Source of the DNA: Trueperaceae bacterium
GTDB taxonomy: Bacteria; Deinococcota; Deinococci; Deinococcales; Trueperaceae
Length of the DNA: 64,000 nt
Reading direction: 5' to 3'
NCBI GenBank assembly: GCA_034520945.1
Contig: JAXHNB010000006.1
Coordinates: forward strand, 32,001-96,000
In this document: piece after piece, positions 37,975 to 49,472 of the stretch
Layout: the number at the start of each line of letters is the position of its first letter
Numbering within the stretch: the stretch's first letter is position 1
Position numbers and translations under genes: made by a program
Notes under the pieces: model-generated
What the model was told of the DNA's origin: nothing
Databases searched by the model: none
What the model saw: only the letters and a program-made list of their open reading frames with translations

Positions 37975-39050
37975 TGCGCCTCCGTGACGAGCTTGCGGAT
38001 GTAGTCGTTGAACACCACCGCCAGCAGGAGCAGGCCGCCGAGGAAGACCCGGAACCAGTCGGTGTTCCACTGCGCGATGAAGATGCCCTGCGAGGTCATC
38101 CCGAACACCAGCGCGCCGAACACGGCGCCGACCGCGGCGCCGTACCCGCCGGTCAGGAGGGTGCCGCCGATCACGGCGACGATGATCGCCTCGAACTCCT
38201 TCAGCAGGCCGCGCGTCACGTCGGCCGAGCCCAGATCGAACACCTGCAGCAGCGCCAGGATGGTGGCGCAACTGGCGGTGCACATGAACAGCACCACCCG
38301 CACGCGCTCGACCGGCACGCCGACGTTGCGGGCGGCGTCGGGGTTGCCGCCGACGGCGAAGATCCAGTTGCCGAATCGCGTACGGCGCAGCACGTACACC
38401 GCGATGGCGGTGAGCCCCAACCACCAGTACACCGAGGCGGGCAGTCCCAGGAAGTCGAAGCTGAAGGCACGCCCGATCGGGTTGGCCTGCAGCACCTCGC
38501 GGGCCTCCATGCCGGTGGTGACGCCGGGCACGGTCCCGATGAAGGAGCGGACCGAGACCTGCGTCGTGCCGGTCACCAGGCGCGTCACGCCCAGCGTCAG
38601 GCCACGCAGGATGAAAAGAAATGCCAAAGATACGATGAACGACGGCAGGTTGGTGCGGTTCACGATGGTGCCGTTCACCCACCCGACCAGCAGGGCGAAC
38701 GCCATGGTGACGATGAACGCAAGCGGGATCGGCCAGCCCAGCTCCACCACCGGCAGCATGAACATCATGCCGGCCGCGGCGATCATCGAGCCGACCGACA
38801 GGTCGAAGCCGCCGCCGATCATCAACAGGGTGGCGCCCAGGCCCAGGATGCCGAACTGCGCCGACACCTCGAGCCAGGTGCGGATGCCGCGCGGGCTCAG
38901 GAAGCCCTTGTCGCCCGCTAGAATGGCAAAGAACGCGAAGATGATCAACGCGCCCGCGACCGCACCGAGCTCGGGGCGGACCAACAGGCGCTGCAGCCAC
39001 CCGACGCGGCGGACGCGTTCGTCTTGGCGGGGTTCGCTCGTGCGGGTCAC
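37971..39050 (-). CDS. Sugar ABC transporter permease
   Basis: [34 protein letters not shown]. Confidence 0.92.
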
Positions 39051-39075
39051 GATCGTTCGGCTGGGGGCCCGCTGC

Positions 39076-39101
39076 GGGGGCGGGCCGTGCGGCCCGCCCC
39101 C
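39076..39101. terminator. Intercistronic hairpin after the binding-protein gene (mRNA stabiliser or attenuator)
   Basis: GGGGGCGGGCC-gtgc-GGCCCGCCCCC. Confidence 0.5.
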
Positions 39102-39114
39102 GTGTGCGCGTGGC

Positions 39115-40062
39115 TCAGCGGATGCCTTCGGCGCTGAGGGTGATCACCTGCTGCGCGTTCTCGGGCGTCACGAACCCGGGCCCGGTCAGGATGACCTCGT
39201 TGGCGGGCAGCAGGCCGTACTGCACGTAGTTGACCGCCGTGATCACGGCCAGGTAGCCCTGCAGGTACTGCTGCTGGTCGATCAGGAACGACACGTCGCC
39301 CTCGACCGCGCCCTGCAGCAGGTCCGGCGCCAAGTCGAAGGTGCCGAACACGACGTCATTGGCCATGCCGGTCTCGCGCAGCGCCGCCAGCGTGGGGATG
39401 CCGCCCACCGGACCGGTGGCCAGGACCGCGTCGACGCCGCTGTCGCGCAGGGCGCCAATCACGGCGTTGCGGACCTCGACCGGGTCGGTCGAGACCGCCA
39501 GCACCTCGACGTTTCCGTCCAGGCCTTCCTCGAACCCTTCGCAGCGGAGGTCCAGCGCCACGTTGCCGACCTCGTGGTTCACGCACAACCCCTGCGTCGC
39601 GCCCATCTCGGCGGCGCGCCGACCGCCGCCCAGGCCGGCTTCGTACTCGGTCTGGCCGACGTGCCGCAGCACGCCGAGCTCCTGGAACACCTCGGAACCG
39701 GAGTTGATCGAGAACACCGGAATGCCGGCCGCGACGGCCTCTTGGATGGCCTCGCCCAGGGCGGCCGCGTCGGGGATGGAGACCACCAGCGCGTCGGGAT
39801 CGGAGGCGATGGCGGCCTGGATCAGCTGCGCCATCTGCGGCATGTCGAAGGTGTCGGGCGCCCGGTACTCGACGCGCGCGCCGGTGTCTTCCGCCGCCTG
39901 GTCGACGCCGTTGCGGACCACCGACCAGAACGGGTCGGCCGCGGCGCCGTGCGTGACGACCACGACGCGGATGTCCTCGCGTTCGGGGACGTCCTGCGCC
40001 ACGGTGGAGGCGGTGAACGCCACCAGGGTGAGGGCCAGGAGGGAGAACAGGACTCGTTTCAT
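39115..40062 (-). CDS. Sugar (inositol-like) ABC transporter substrate-binding protein
   Basis: Signal peptide, VTHG..DPFWSVV, HVGQTEYEAG, IDQQQYLQGY. Confidence 0.9.
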   Translation of the reverse strand: MKRVLFSLLALTLVAFTASTVAQDVPEREDIRVVVVTHGAAADPFWSVVRNGVDQAAEDTGARVEYRAPDTFDMPQMAQLIQAAIASDPDALVVSIPDAAALGEAIQEAVAAGIPVFSINSGSEVFQELGVLRHVGQTEYEAGLGGGRRAAEMGATQGLCVNHEVGNVALDLRCEGFEEGLDGNVEVLAVSTDPVEVRNAVIGALRDSGVDAVLATGPVGGIPTLAALRETGMANDVVFGTFDLAPDLLQGAVEGDVSFLIDQQQYLQGYLAVITAVNYVQYGLLPANEVILTGPGFVTPENAQQVITLSAEGIR

Positions 40063-40265
40063 GCGATGCCTCTCCTTTCGAGTGCGGGCGTGGCCCGCCA
40101 AGACGTACCTACGTCGCGAACACGCCCGCCCGCGCGTCGTGCGCGAAGAGGCGGTGCAACCGCGTCCAGAATGGTCTGTAATCATGCATGGTAGCAGGAC
40201 GGCGTGCCGGCGTGGGCGGGTGCGTCACCGGTTCGCGCGCCGCCGCTCGGTTCGCGCGCCGGCGC

Positions 40266-40790
40266 TCAGCTCCCCGCGTCGTCGCGGGGGGTGCGCCGCG
40301 CGTCTCGCTCGGGGTCGGGCCCCAGCCAGGCGACCAGCACCAGCAGCGTCGCGCCGACCACGATCAGCGCATCCGCCAGGTTGAACACCGGGAAGTCGAA
40401 CCAGCCCACCTCGAAGTGCACGAAGTCCACCACGTACCGCAGGCGGAAACGATCGATCATGTTGCCGGTGGCGCCGGCCAACACCAAGCCCAGGGACGCG
40501 CGCGTCAGCGCGGGCAGCTCCGGGCCGCGGCGCAACAGGTAGACGCTCAACCACACCGCCACCGCCAACGAGGCCAGCGCCAACAGCAGCGTCCCGTCCA
40601 GCGTGACGCCGAACACGGAGACCTCGACGCCGCGAAGCATGCCGAACGCCGCGCCGGTGTTGCGTACGTAGGTCAGGGTGAAGCCGAGCCCCAAGGGCAT
40701 ACCGCCGCCGCCGGCCGCGAAGGTCGCACTGGCCCACGCCTTGGTGGCTTGGTCCAGCGCCACCAGGAGGGCGGCCACGGCGAAGGTCAT
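40266..40790 (-). CDS. lspA: Lipoprotein signal peptidase II
   Basis: DQATK, NTGAAFG, GNMIDR, VVDF, FNLAD. Confidence 0.96.
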   Translation of the reverse strand: MTFAVAALLVALDQATKAWASATFAAGGGGMPLGLGFTLTYVRNTGAAFGMLRGVEVSVFGVTLDGTLLLALASLAVAVWLSVYLLRRGPELPALTRASLGLVLAGATGNMIDRFRLRYVVDFVHFEVGWFDFPVFNLADALIVVGATLLVLVAWLGPDPERDARRTPRDDAGS

Positions 40791-40912
40791 GACGCGCATT
40801 GTACCGGCCGGGACGCGGCACGTCGTCGCGCGGTCCGTGGGTATGGTGGGCCCGAATCCCAGCAGGCGAGGTCCGCGCGGCGGGCCGTACGCAGGAGAGG
40901 CGGAACCCCCCC

Positions 40913-43900
40913 ATGCCAGCCACCCTCGAACAGGTTCGCGCCCGCATCACGGCGGGCGAGGATGCGGACGGGTCGTACCTCGCGGACTTCGCGGAGGCGT
41001 TGTTCGAGAAGGCCGACCCGGCCTTCTTGGAGGCGTTCGACGCCGACGCGATGGTGGCCATGGCGCGCAGCGGTCTGACGTTCCTGGACCGGCGCGGGGG
41101 CGACGGTCCGGTGGTGGAGGTGCTCGACCCCAGCTCCCAGACCGACGGCTGGGAGGGACGGTTCACGGTGGTGCGCCTGACGATGCGGGACCGGCCGTTC
41201 ATCGTCGACTCGGTCCGCGCCGAGTTGATGCGGCAAGGGGTCGGCCTGTTCCACCTGCTGCACCCGATCTACCACGTCGTGCGCGACCCGGAGGGGCGGA
41301 TCCAGACGCTGGGCGATCGCGTCCCCGAAGGGACGCCCGAAGCGTTCGAGATGTACTTCGTCGAGGGGTTGGACGCCGAGGAGGACCGCGCCCGCCTGCA
41401 AGGCGGCATCACCCGCGTGCTGGGCGACGTGGAGGCGGCCACCGACGACTACCATCCCATGCTCACGCGGGCGGTCGAGGTGCGCAACGGCCTGCGCGCC
41501 GTCCGGGAGGGGATCCAGGACGGCGCGAACGCCGATCGGGCCGCGGAACTGGAGGAGTACGAGGCGTTCCTGGACTGGTTGCGCGAGGACCACTTCGTGT
41601 TCCTCGGCTACCGGGAGTACGACATCGTCACCGACGATGGAACGGCGATGCTGCAGGTCACGCGGGGGTCGGGGCTCGGCATCCTGCGCGACACCGAGGC
41701 CAGCACCTACGCCCGGCCGGTGTCGTTGGACGACCTGCCGCCCGGCCTGCGGGAGCGCGTCACCGGCGGGCATCCCCTGATCGTCACCAAGACCAACACC
41801 GAAGCGACGGTGCACCGCGCGGCCCGGATGGACTACGTCGGCGTCAAGAAATTGGACGAGGCGCTGCAGGTCCAGGGCGAGCAGCGCTTCCTGGGCCTGT
41901 TCACCTCGAAGGCGCTGTCGACCCCCGTGGGCGAGACGCCGATCCTACGGCGCAAGTTGCGCGGCGTGCTGCAGATGGACGACGCGCTGCCCGGCTCGCA
42001 CGACTACAAGGAGATCGTCACCGTCTTCGACTCCATGCCGCGCTCCGAGCTGTTCTGGTCGGACACGGCGCAACTGCACCGCGACATCCGCACCGTGATG
42101 GCGCTGGAACAGGAGCGCGGCGTCAAGCTCACGGTCCGCCCCGACCCGCTGCAGCGCGGCCTCGGCGTGATGGTGATCATGCCGCGCGAGCGCTTCGACA
42201 CCGACGTGCGGCGCCGCATCCAGCGGCACCTGGCGCGCCGGCTCCAGGCCCGGCACGTCGATTACCACCTGGCGATGGGCGAGGACGAGGCCCAGGTCCG
42301 CTTCCACTTCTTCTTCTCCACCGACCTGCGGCGTGAGGACGTCGACGTGCGCGCGCTGGACCGCGAGGTGGCCGAGCTGTCGCGAAGCTGGGACGATCAC
42401 GTGCGCGAGCAGCTGGACGACGCCCACGGCACCCATGCCGGTAGGCGCCTGGCCGAACGCTACCTGCCCCGCATGGACGATCGCTACAAGGCGGACGCCC
42501 GTCCCGCCCAGGCGGTGCGCGACATCGCCAACCTGGAGGCGTTGGGCGACGAGGTGGCCCGCGTCGACCTGCTGGACGCCGTTCAAGACGCCGAGGCCGG
42601 TCAGGTGTCGATCCTGAAGGTCTACCATCACCGCCCCACGCTGGTGCTGTCCGAGGTGCTGCCGGTGTTGGAGAACCTGGGCCTGCGGGTGTTGGAGCAG
42701 GTCGCCTACCCCCTTCGCGACGGTGACGGCGTCCGCGGGATCGACGTGTTCCGCGTGCAGGACGCGCGGGGCGGCACGCTCGACGTGCGGCGCGACGGCG
42801 AACGGCTGGTGGCGGCGCTGGAGCGCCTGCTGGCCGGTGGGGTGATCAGCGACCGTCTGAACCGGCTGGTGTTGCGGGCCGGCGTCTCCTTGCGGCAGGT
42901 GGCCCTGGTCCGCGCCTACCAGATGTACTACACCCAACTGAACGCGGCCACCAGCCGCAGCTTCGTCAACGACGCGCTCCTGGCGCACCCCGCCGTGGCC
43001 GCCGCCCTGCTTCGCTATCACGACGCTCGCCTGGACCCGTCGCTCCAGGCGCCGCGCGAGGAGGCCATGGAGCGTACGGCGACCGACTTCCACGAGGCGC
43101 TGGGGGAGGTGAGCTCCCTGCCGGAGGACCGCACGCTGCGCGGGCTGTTCGACCTGATGCAGGCGACCGTGCGCACCAACTACTACGCGGGCTCGCCCCT
43201 GATCGCCTTCAAGATCGCCTCCGATCGCGTGGCGGAGATGCCCGAGCCGCGCCCCATGTTCGAGATCGGCGTCAGCGGCTACGGCGTGGAGGGCACGCAC
43301 CTCCGGGGCGGACGGGTCGCGCGGGGCGGCATCCGTTGGTCGGACCGGCCCGACGACTTCCGCACCGAGATCCTGGGCCTGATGAAGACGCAGATGACCA
43401 AGAACGCCGTCATCGTGCCGGTGGGATCCAAGGGCGGGTTCGTCGTCAAGCACGCGCCCAGCGACCGGGAGGCGCTGCGCGGCTACGTCGAGGCCCAGTA
43501 CCGCGCGTACGTCGGCGCGCTGCTGGAACTCACCGACGACCGCGACGGCGACGAGATCGTTCACCCCCCCGGCATGGTCGTGCACGACGAACCGGACCCC
43601 TACCTGGTGGTCGCCGCCGACAAGGGAACCGCCAGCTTCAGCGACACCGCCAACGAGGTCGCCTTTGAACACGGCTACTGGCTGGGGGACGCCTTCGCGT
43701 CGGGCGGCAGCCACGGCTACGACCACAAGGAGGAGGCCATCACCGCCCGCGGCGCCTGGAGGGCGGTCGACCGCCACTTCCGCGAGATGGGCCTGGATTC
43801 CGCGCGCGACACCTTCACCGTGGCGGGCATCGGCGACATGTCCGGCGACGTGTTCGGCAACGGGATGCTGCACACCCCCACCCTGCGCCTGCAGGCGGCG

Positions 43901-45700
43901 TTCAACCACCGGCACGTGTTCCTCGACCCCGACCCGGACCCCGAGGCGTCGTACCGCGAGCGCCAGCGCCTGTTCGAGCTGCCCCGCTCCGGCTGGAACG
44001 ACTACGACCGCAGCCTGATCAGCGCGGGTGGCGGGGTGTTCCCGCGCGACGCCAAGTCCATCCCGCTGAGCCCGGAGGCGCGGGAGGCGTTGGGGGTTCG
44101 CGAGGAGGCCCTGTCGGGTCGCGACCTGATCCGCGCCATCCTGCGGATGCGGGTCGACCTGTTGTGGAACGGCGGCATCGGCACCTACGTCAAGGCCGCC
44201 AGCGAGCGCCACGCCGACGTGGGCGACAGCGCCAACGACGCCGTGCGCGTCGACGCTCACGAACTGCGTTGCCGCGTGGTGGGGGAGGGCGGCAACCTGG
44301 GGTTCACCCAGTTGGGACGCGTCGCCTTCGCGCGGGCCGGCGGGCGGATCAACACCGACGCGATCGACAACTCCGGCGGCGTGGACATGTCGGATCGCGA
44401 GGTGAACATCAAGATCCTGCTGCAGCCGCTCCTCGCCGGCGGCGAGCTGTCGTTCGAGCAGCGCAACCGCCTACTGGACGAGATGACGGACGAGGTGTCC
44501 GAGCTGGTGCTGAACGACAACGACCGTCAGGCGCTGGCGTTGTCGCTGGCCGAGCGGCGCGCGAGGGAGGACCCCACGCTGTTCGCGTCGTTGCAGGAGT
44601 ACCTGGAGGAGCGCGGCGGTCTGGACGCAGGCGTCGAGGACCTCCCCAACCGGAAGGCTCGCACCGAGCGCAAGCGCAACGCGGAGACCTACACCCGCCC
44701 CGAGTTGGCGATCCTGCTGGCGTACGCCAAGATGGGCGTGTACCGCCGCCTGCTCGAGACCGACTTCCCCAGCGATCCCTACCTGGAACGGACGTTGTTC
44801 GCGTACTTCCCCTCGCAGCTGCGCGAGCGGTTCCCAGACGCGGTCCGCGCGCACCCGCTGCGGCGCGAGATCGTGGCGACGCAGATCACCAACGCCGTGG
44901 TGGACCTGCTGGGCATCACCTTCGTGCACCGCACCATCCGCGACAGCGGCGCCACGCCGGTCGACACGCTGCGGGCCGCCCTGGTGGGGATGGAGCTGTT
45001 GGACGCGCCGGCGTTCATTCAGCGCGTTGACGGCTTGGACGCCGTCGACGCCGACACGCGCTACCACGGGGTGTCCGAGATGGTGCGCGCCGTGGAGGGC
45101 GTGGTGTCGTGGATCCTCCTGAACGACATGGCGGGCCAGGAGGTGCACGCGTTCGTGGAGACGTACGCCGAGCCGCTGGCCTACCTGCGCGGCGAACTGG
45201 TCGAGTTGCAGCCGGGCGCCGACCGGCGGCACCTGAAGCGTCGCATCAAGCAGTTGGACAAGCGGGGCTTCACGCCGGAGATGGCACGGGAGGTCGCCGT
45301 GCTGGACTACCTGCCGCCGTCGATCGGCGCCATCGAGGTGTCCCGCGCCACCGAGGTGCCGCTGGACGAGGCGGCGAGCCGGTTCTACGGCGTCGGCGAG
45401 CGGCTGCGCCTGGGGTGGTTGCGCGACCGCCTGCGGGAGCTTCCGGCCGAGGCGAAGTGGGACAAGATCGCGTTGGCGGGCTTGGTGATGGACCTCCGGC
45501 AGGCCCAGCAGGACCTGGCGATGGGCTACGTGCGGGCGGCCCAGGAGAGCGGCGCACGCTCCCCGCAGCGCTACCTTGCGACCCTCCCTGGGCTGCTGGA
45601 CCGTTTCGATGCCGCGCTGGCCGAGATCGAGGAGGAGCGATCGCTGGGCTTGGCCAGCGGGGTGGTGCTGGTGCGGATGCTGGCACGACCCGGCCGCTGA
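40913..45700 (+). CDS. gdhB: Large NAD-specific glutamate dehydrogenase
   Basis: HLRGGRVARGGIRWSDR, KNAVIVPVGSKGGF, VAADKGTA, GIGDMSGDVFGNG, GEGGNLG. Confidence 0.96.
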   Translation: MPATLEQVRARITAGEDADGSYLADFAEALFEKADPAFLEAFDADAMVAMARSGLTFLDRRGGDGPVVEVLDPSSQTDGWEGRFTVVRLTMRDRPFIVDSVRAELMRQGVGLFHLLHPIYHVVRDPEGRIQTLGDRVPEGTPEAFEMYFVEGLDAEEDRARLQGGITRVLGDVEAATDDYHPMLTRAVEVRNGLRAVREGIQDGANADRAAELEEYEAFLDWLREDHFVFLGYREYDIVTDDGTAMLQVTRGSGLGILRDTEASTYARPVSLDDLPPGLRERVTGGHPLIVTKTNTEATVHRAARMDYVGVKKLDEALQVQGEQRFLGLFTSKALSTPVGETPILRRKLRGVLQMDDALPGSHDYKEIVTVFDSMPRSELFWSDTAQLHRDIRTVMALEQERGVKLTVRPDPLQRGLGVMVIMPRERFDTDVRRRIQRHLARRLQARHVDYHLAMGEDEAQVRFHFFFSTDLRREDVDVRALDREVAELSRSWDDHVREQLDDAHGTHAGRRLAERYLPRMDDRYKADARPAQAVRDIANLEALGDEVARVDLLDAVQDAEAGQVSILKVYHHRPTLVLSEVLPVLENLGLRVLEQVAYPLRDGDGVRGIDVFRVQDARGGTLDVRRDGERLVAALERLLAGGVISDRLNRLVLRAGVSLRQVALVRAYQMYYTQLNAATSRSFVNDALLAHPAVAAALLRYHDARLDPSLQAPREEAMERTATDFHEALGEVSSLPEDRTLRGLFDLMQATVRTNYYAGSPLIAFKIASDRVAEMPEPRPMFEIGVSGYGVEGTHLRGGRVARGGIRWSDRPDDFRTEILGLMKTQMTKNAVIVPVGSKGGFVVKHAPSDREALRGYVEAQYRAYVGALLELTDDRDGDEIVHPPGMVVHDEPDPYLVVAADKGTASFSDTANEVAFEHGYWLGDAFASGGSHGYDHKEEAITARGAWRAVDRHFREMGLDSARDTFTVAGIGDMSGDVFGNGMLHTPTLRLQAAFNHRHVFLDPDPDPEASYRERQRLFELPRSGWNDYDRSLISAGGGVFPRDAKSIPLSPEAREALGVREEALSGRDLIRAILRMRVDLLWNGGIGTYVKAASERHADVGDSANDAVRVDAHELRCRVVGEGGNLGFTQLGRVAFARAGGRINTDAIDNSGGVDMSDREVNIKILLQPLLAGGELSFEQRNRLLDEMTDEVSELVLNDNDRQALALSLAERRAREDPTLFASLQEYLEERGGLDAGVEDLPNRKARTERKRNAETYTRPELAILLAYAKMGVYRRLLETDFPSDPYLERTLFAYFPSQLRERFPDAVRAHPLRREIVATQITNAVVDLLGITFVHRTIRDSGATPVDTLRAALVGMELLDAPAFIQRVDGLDAVDADTRYHGVSEMVRAVEGVVSWILLNDMAGQEVHAFVETYAEPLAYLRGELVELQPGADRRHLKRRIKQLDKRGFTPEMAREVAVLDYLPPSIGAIEVSRATEVPLDEAASRFYGVGERLRLGWLRDRLRELPAEAKWDKIALAGLVMDLRQAQQDLAMGYVRAAQESGARSPQRYLATLPGLLDRFDAALAEIEEERSLGLASGVVLVRMLARPGR

Positions 45701-45716
45701 GCCGTCCTGGCCGTCC

Positions 45717-46901
45717 TCAGGATGCGAACAATCGCCGCAGGATCCCGTCCAGCACCATCAGCCCCTCGGGCGTGGCCCGCAGGGTGGCGCCGCGGCCGTG
45801 TCCCGGCTCGGCCTCCCGGAGTTCCAGCCGCCCGGCCCGGCGTTCCTCGCTCACGACCCCACGCCAGCGCGCCCGCACGTCGATCCCGCTGCGGGCCTGG
45901 ACCTCGTCCAGGTCCACGCCGCGCGCGGTGCGCAGGCCGGTCATGAGGCGTTCGAGGACGTACTCGCGGGGGTCGAGGCGTTCGCGTTCGGGCGGGTCGC
46001 CGCGCAGCCAGGCCTTGATGGGCGGCTGGGTGACGCGTTGGCCCAGGCCGTCGTCGCTCGGCAGGTAGGCGGCGGCGGAGGGGCCGAACCCCAGGAAGGC
46101 GTCGCCGTGCCAGTACAGCTGGTTGTGGACGGCCTCAAAGCCCGGCCGCGCGTGGTTGGACACCTCGTAGCGGCGGTAGCCGTGCGCGCCCAGCACCGCC
46201 GCCGCCCGCGCGTAGTCCTCGGCCGCGCGGTCCTCGTCGACGTGCACGCGGCGAAGCGCGAACGGCGTGTAGGGCTCCACCGTGAGCGTGTACACCGACG
46301 CGTGCGGCACGCCGGTGGCGGCCAACGCCTCCAGGTCCTGGACCGCATCCTGGCCGGGCACGGCCGTGATCAGGTCGGCCGACACCTCGAAGCCGGCCTC
46401 CAGCGCCGCCCCCACCGCCGCCAATCCCTCGCGGGCGTCGTGCTGACGGCCCAGGAAGCGCAGGACCGCATCCTGGGTGCTCTGCAGCCCGATCGACAGG
46501 CGGGTGAACCCCAGGGCGCGGAACCGCGCCAGCCGGGCGGCGTCGAAGGTGCGCGGATCCGCCTCCAGGGTCGTCTCCAGGCGGGCCGGCATCCCGAACG
46601 CGCGGTCCAGCGCCGCCGCGACCCGCGCCAGCTCGGCGTCGCTGAGGTGCGAGGGCGTGCCGCCGCCCAGGTAGATCGTGTCCAGCGGCCCCGGCCAGCG
46701 CGCGCCCGCCGCGGCGATCTCCCCGTCCAGCCGGTCCAGGTAGCGCGCGACCAGGTTCTCGTTGCGGCGCATCTTGTGAAAGTCGCAGTAGGGGCACACG
46801 TGCGGGCAGAACGGCACGTGGAGGTACGCCCCGCGCGGCCGGTCCGCCGGCGCAGCAGGCGCGGCGGCGGAGGCGTGGTCGGGGGCGGCCGCATGCGTCA
46901 C
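45717..46901 (-). CDS. hemW: Radical SAM heme chaperone
   Basis: YLHVPFCPHVCPYCDF, GGGTPS, YEVSN, HNQLYW. Confidence 0.9.
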   Translation of the reverse strand: MTHAAAPDHASAAAPAAPADRPRGAYLHVPFCPHVCPYCDFHKMRRNENLVARYLDRLDGEIAAAGARWPGPLDTIYLGGGTPSHLSDAELARVAAALDRAFGMPARLETTLEADPRTFDAARLARFRALGFTRLSIGLQSTQDAVLRFLGRQHDAREGLAAVGAALEAGFEVSADLITAVPGQDAVQDLEALAATGVPHASVYTLTVEPYTPFALRRVHVDEDRAAEDYARAAAVLGAHGYRRYEVSNHARPGFEAVHNQLYWHGDAFLGFGPSAAAYLPSDDGLGQRVTQPPIKAWLRGDPPERERLDPREYVLERLMTGLRTARGVDLDEVQARSGIDVRARWRGVVSEERRAGRLELREAEPGHGRGATLRATPEGLMVLDGILRRLFAS

Positions 46902-46990
46902 GCCCCGCAGCCTACCGCCGCGACCCGGCCGGGCGGCGTGTCCCCCACGCCCACGACCGGGCGCGTGGCGGCGCGGGTATGGTGCGCGCC

Positions 46991-48100
46991 GTGAACCGCA
47001 GGCGACGTGCACCCGCGCCGGGCCCACCGCCCGGCGACGCCGAGGCCCAGCCGATGGAGGCCGAGGTCCTGCCGGGCCTGGCCCCGTTCGCCCGGACGGA
47101 GTTGGAGGCGCTCCCGGGGGCGAGCGTCGCCGCGGCCGGCCGCGACCCAGCGGCCGACGACGCCGTGCCGTTCGAGTGGACGGGCGACTGGGCGCCTCTG
47201 GACCGGCTGCGCACGGTCACGGCGGTGAACCGGATGCTGCGCTTCGCGGTGCCACGCCCCAAGGCGTTGCTGGGCGACGCGCCGTTCCGGCGCCTGGCGG
47301 CGGCGCTGGACGCCGTGACGGCGCGTGATCCCGGCGGGTTCGCAGGGGTGCGACTGGAGGCGGCCGGTCGCGACTCGGCGGTGATGCGCCGCCTGCGCAC
47401 GGCCCTGGCCGACGCCGCGGGCCTGGCCGACGATCCCGAGGACGGCGACCTGCGGGTGCGGGTGCGGCCCGGCCGGGGCGGCGCGGAGGCGTCCGGGTGG
47501 GAGGTGCTGGTCCGGCTCACGCCGCGGCCGCTGTCCGCTCGGCCGTGGCGGGCGTGCAACCTGCCGGGGGGACTGAACGCCTGCCTGGCCGCCGCCTGCT
47601 GGGACCTGCTCGGCGTCGCGGCGGAGCAACGCGTGCTGAACGCCATGTGCGGCTCGGCCACGCTGCTGGTCGAGCGCGGCGTGCGCGGTCCGGCCGCGCG
47701 GCTGACCGGCGTGGACCTGGACGAGGCGGCGATCCTGTGTGGCGACGCCAACCTCCGCGCCGCCGGCGTCTCTGCCGAGCTGGTGCGTGCCGACGCCACC
47801 GCGACGCCCTGGGCCGCGGGCGCCTTCGACGTGGTGGTGGCCGATCCGCCGTGGGGCGACGCGGTGGGGGATGCGGCGCAGGCGCGGACGTTGGCGGACG
47901 GTCTGCTGCGCGAGGCGCACCGCGTCCTGGCGCCCGGCGGGCGGCTGCTGGTGATCACCCACGCCGTGCGGGCGTTCGAGGCCGCCCGGCGCGCCGCGGG
48001 CGGCGCCTGGGAGGACCTGGCGGAGCTGCGGGTCTACCACGGCGGGCACCGCCCGGTGGTGCGCGCGCTGCGGGCCCACGCGGGTCCGCGCGACGGCTGA
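46991..48100 (+). CDS. THUMP-like/UPF0020 RNA m2G methyltransferase (TrmN/RlmL-like)
   Basis: LSARPWR, NAMCGSATLLVE, ADPPWG. Confidence 0.82.
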   Translation: MNRRRRAPAPGPPPGDAEAQPMEAEVLPGLAPFARTELEALPGASVAAAGRDPAADDAVPFEWTGDWAPLDRLRTVTAVNRMLRFAVPRPKALLGDAPFRRLAAALDAVTARDPGGFAGVRLEAAGRDSAVMRRLRTALADAAGLADDPEDGDLRVRVRPGRGGAEASGWEVLVRLTPRPLSARPWRACNLPGGLNACLAAACWDLLGVAAEQRVLNAMCGSATLLVERGVRGPAARLTGVDLDEAAILCGDANLRAAGVSAELVRADATATPWAAGAFDVVVADPPWGDAVGDAAQARTLADGLLREAHRVLAPGGRLLVITHAVRAFEAARRAAGGAWEDLAELRVYHGGHRPVVRALRAHAGPRDG

Positions 48101-48175
48101 GCCGGGCCGCGGCGCCCGCGAGGCCCCGCGGAGCCGTCCCTCGGGCGGCCCGCGCGCTCTGCTAGACTCCCTGCC

Positions 48176-49411
48176 GTGAACACGCCCCCCGAGCACAGCG
48201 GCGGCACGCACGAGATCACCGCCCTCGAAGTGGTGTGGCGCAACGCGTGGGTGCGGGCCGCCAGCTACCTGATCCTGTTCGCGCTGCTGGTGGTCGTGCT
48301 GTGGTCGTTGCGGGAGAAGTACGCCTTCGCCCTGCAGGTCGGCGTGGTCGGCTTCGTGGTGGCGTACGTGCTGAATCCGCTGGTCGAGGCGCTCGGCCGG
48401 ATCCGCATCCGGCGCAGCATCGCGGTGGTGCTGGTGTACCTGCTGGTGCTCCAACTGTTCGTGTTCGGATCGGTCCTGGTGGGGCAGGTCGCGGTCGAGA
48501 TGAGCCGCTTCGTCAACCTGATCCCCAGCGCCGTCCAGCGGGTCGGCGAGCAGCTCGCCCGGCTGGGCACGTGGGGCGAAGGCGTGGTGGACCGCATGCC
48601 GCCCGCCGTGCGGGACTTCGTGGACGAGCGCCTCGGCCTCCAGGCCCCCGAGGGCGACCTGGGCGTGCAGGCGCAGGACCGCGTGGCGACGTTCCTGGAG
48701 AACGTGACCGAGAGCCTGTTGACCCTCCTCGAGAACGTGTTGACCGGCGGTCCCAGCGTGCTGCTGACCGGCGCCACCAGCATCATCTCGACCACGCTTC
48801 AGGTGTTCCTGATCCTGCTGGCCAGCGCGTACTTTCTGTACGACTTCCCGCGCTTCACCCAGAACGTGCGGCGCTTCGTGCCGGCCCGCTGGCGCGGCCT
48901 GGCCGACGACCTGATCGCGAAGAGCGACCGGGCCGTCGGCGGCTACCTGCGCGGCCAGATCCTGATCACGATCATCCTGGGCGTGATGATCTGGATCGGT
49001 CTCTCCATCATCGGCCTCCCCTTGGCCACGGCGATCAGCTTTCTGGCCGCCATCTTCAACCTGGTGCCCTACCTGGGGCCGATCATCGGGGTGATCCCGG
49101 CCGTCCTGCTGGGCTTCACCGTGGGGCCGTGGGTGGCGGCCGGCGCGGTGGTGGTGTTCGTGATCGCGAACCAGCTGGAGGGAAACCTGCTGAGCCCCCT
49201 GATCCTGTCGCGCAGCGTCGATCTTCACCCGGTCACGGTGCTGCTGGCGATCATGGCGGGCCTGGGCCTGTTGGGCATCCTCGGCGCGCTGCTGGCCGTG
49301 CCCACCGTGGCGCTCGCCAAGGTGGTGGCGGAGGACTACCTGCTCACGCGGCCGGCCTACACTGCGCCGGCACCGGACCGGCCCCCCGGCGCCGAGGGCG
49401 AGGACGGCTGA
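48176..49411 (+). CDS. AI-2E family transporter
   Basis: [38 protein letters not shown]. Confidence 0.92.
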   Translation: MNTPPEHSGGTHEITALEVVWRNAWVRAASYLILFALLVVVLWSLREKYAFALQVGVVGFVVAYVLNPLVEALGRIRIRRSIAVVLVYLLVLQLFVFGSVLVGQVAVEMSRFVNLIPSAVQRVGEQLARLGTWGEGVVDRMPPAVRDFVDERLGLQAPEGDLGVQAQDRVATFLENVTESLLTLLENVLTGGPSVLLTGATSIISTTLQVFLILLASAYFLYDFPRFTQNVRRFVPARWRGLADDLIAKSDRAVGGYLRGQILITIILGVMIWIGLSIIGLPLATAISFLAAIFNLVPYLGPIIGVIPAVLLGFTVGPWVAAGAVVVFVIANQLEGNLLSPLILSRSVDLHPVTVLLAIMAGLGLLGILGALLAVPTVALAKVVAEDYLLTRPAYTAPAPDRPPGAEGEDG

Positions 49412-49472
49412 GCTCGGCCGAGGCGCCTCGGCGCGGTTCGGCTGGGCGCCGTGCACGCGATACACTTCAAGC

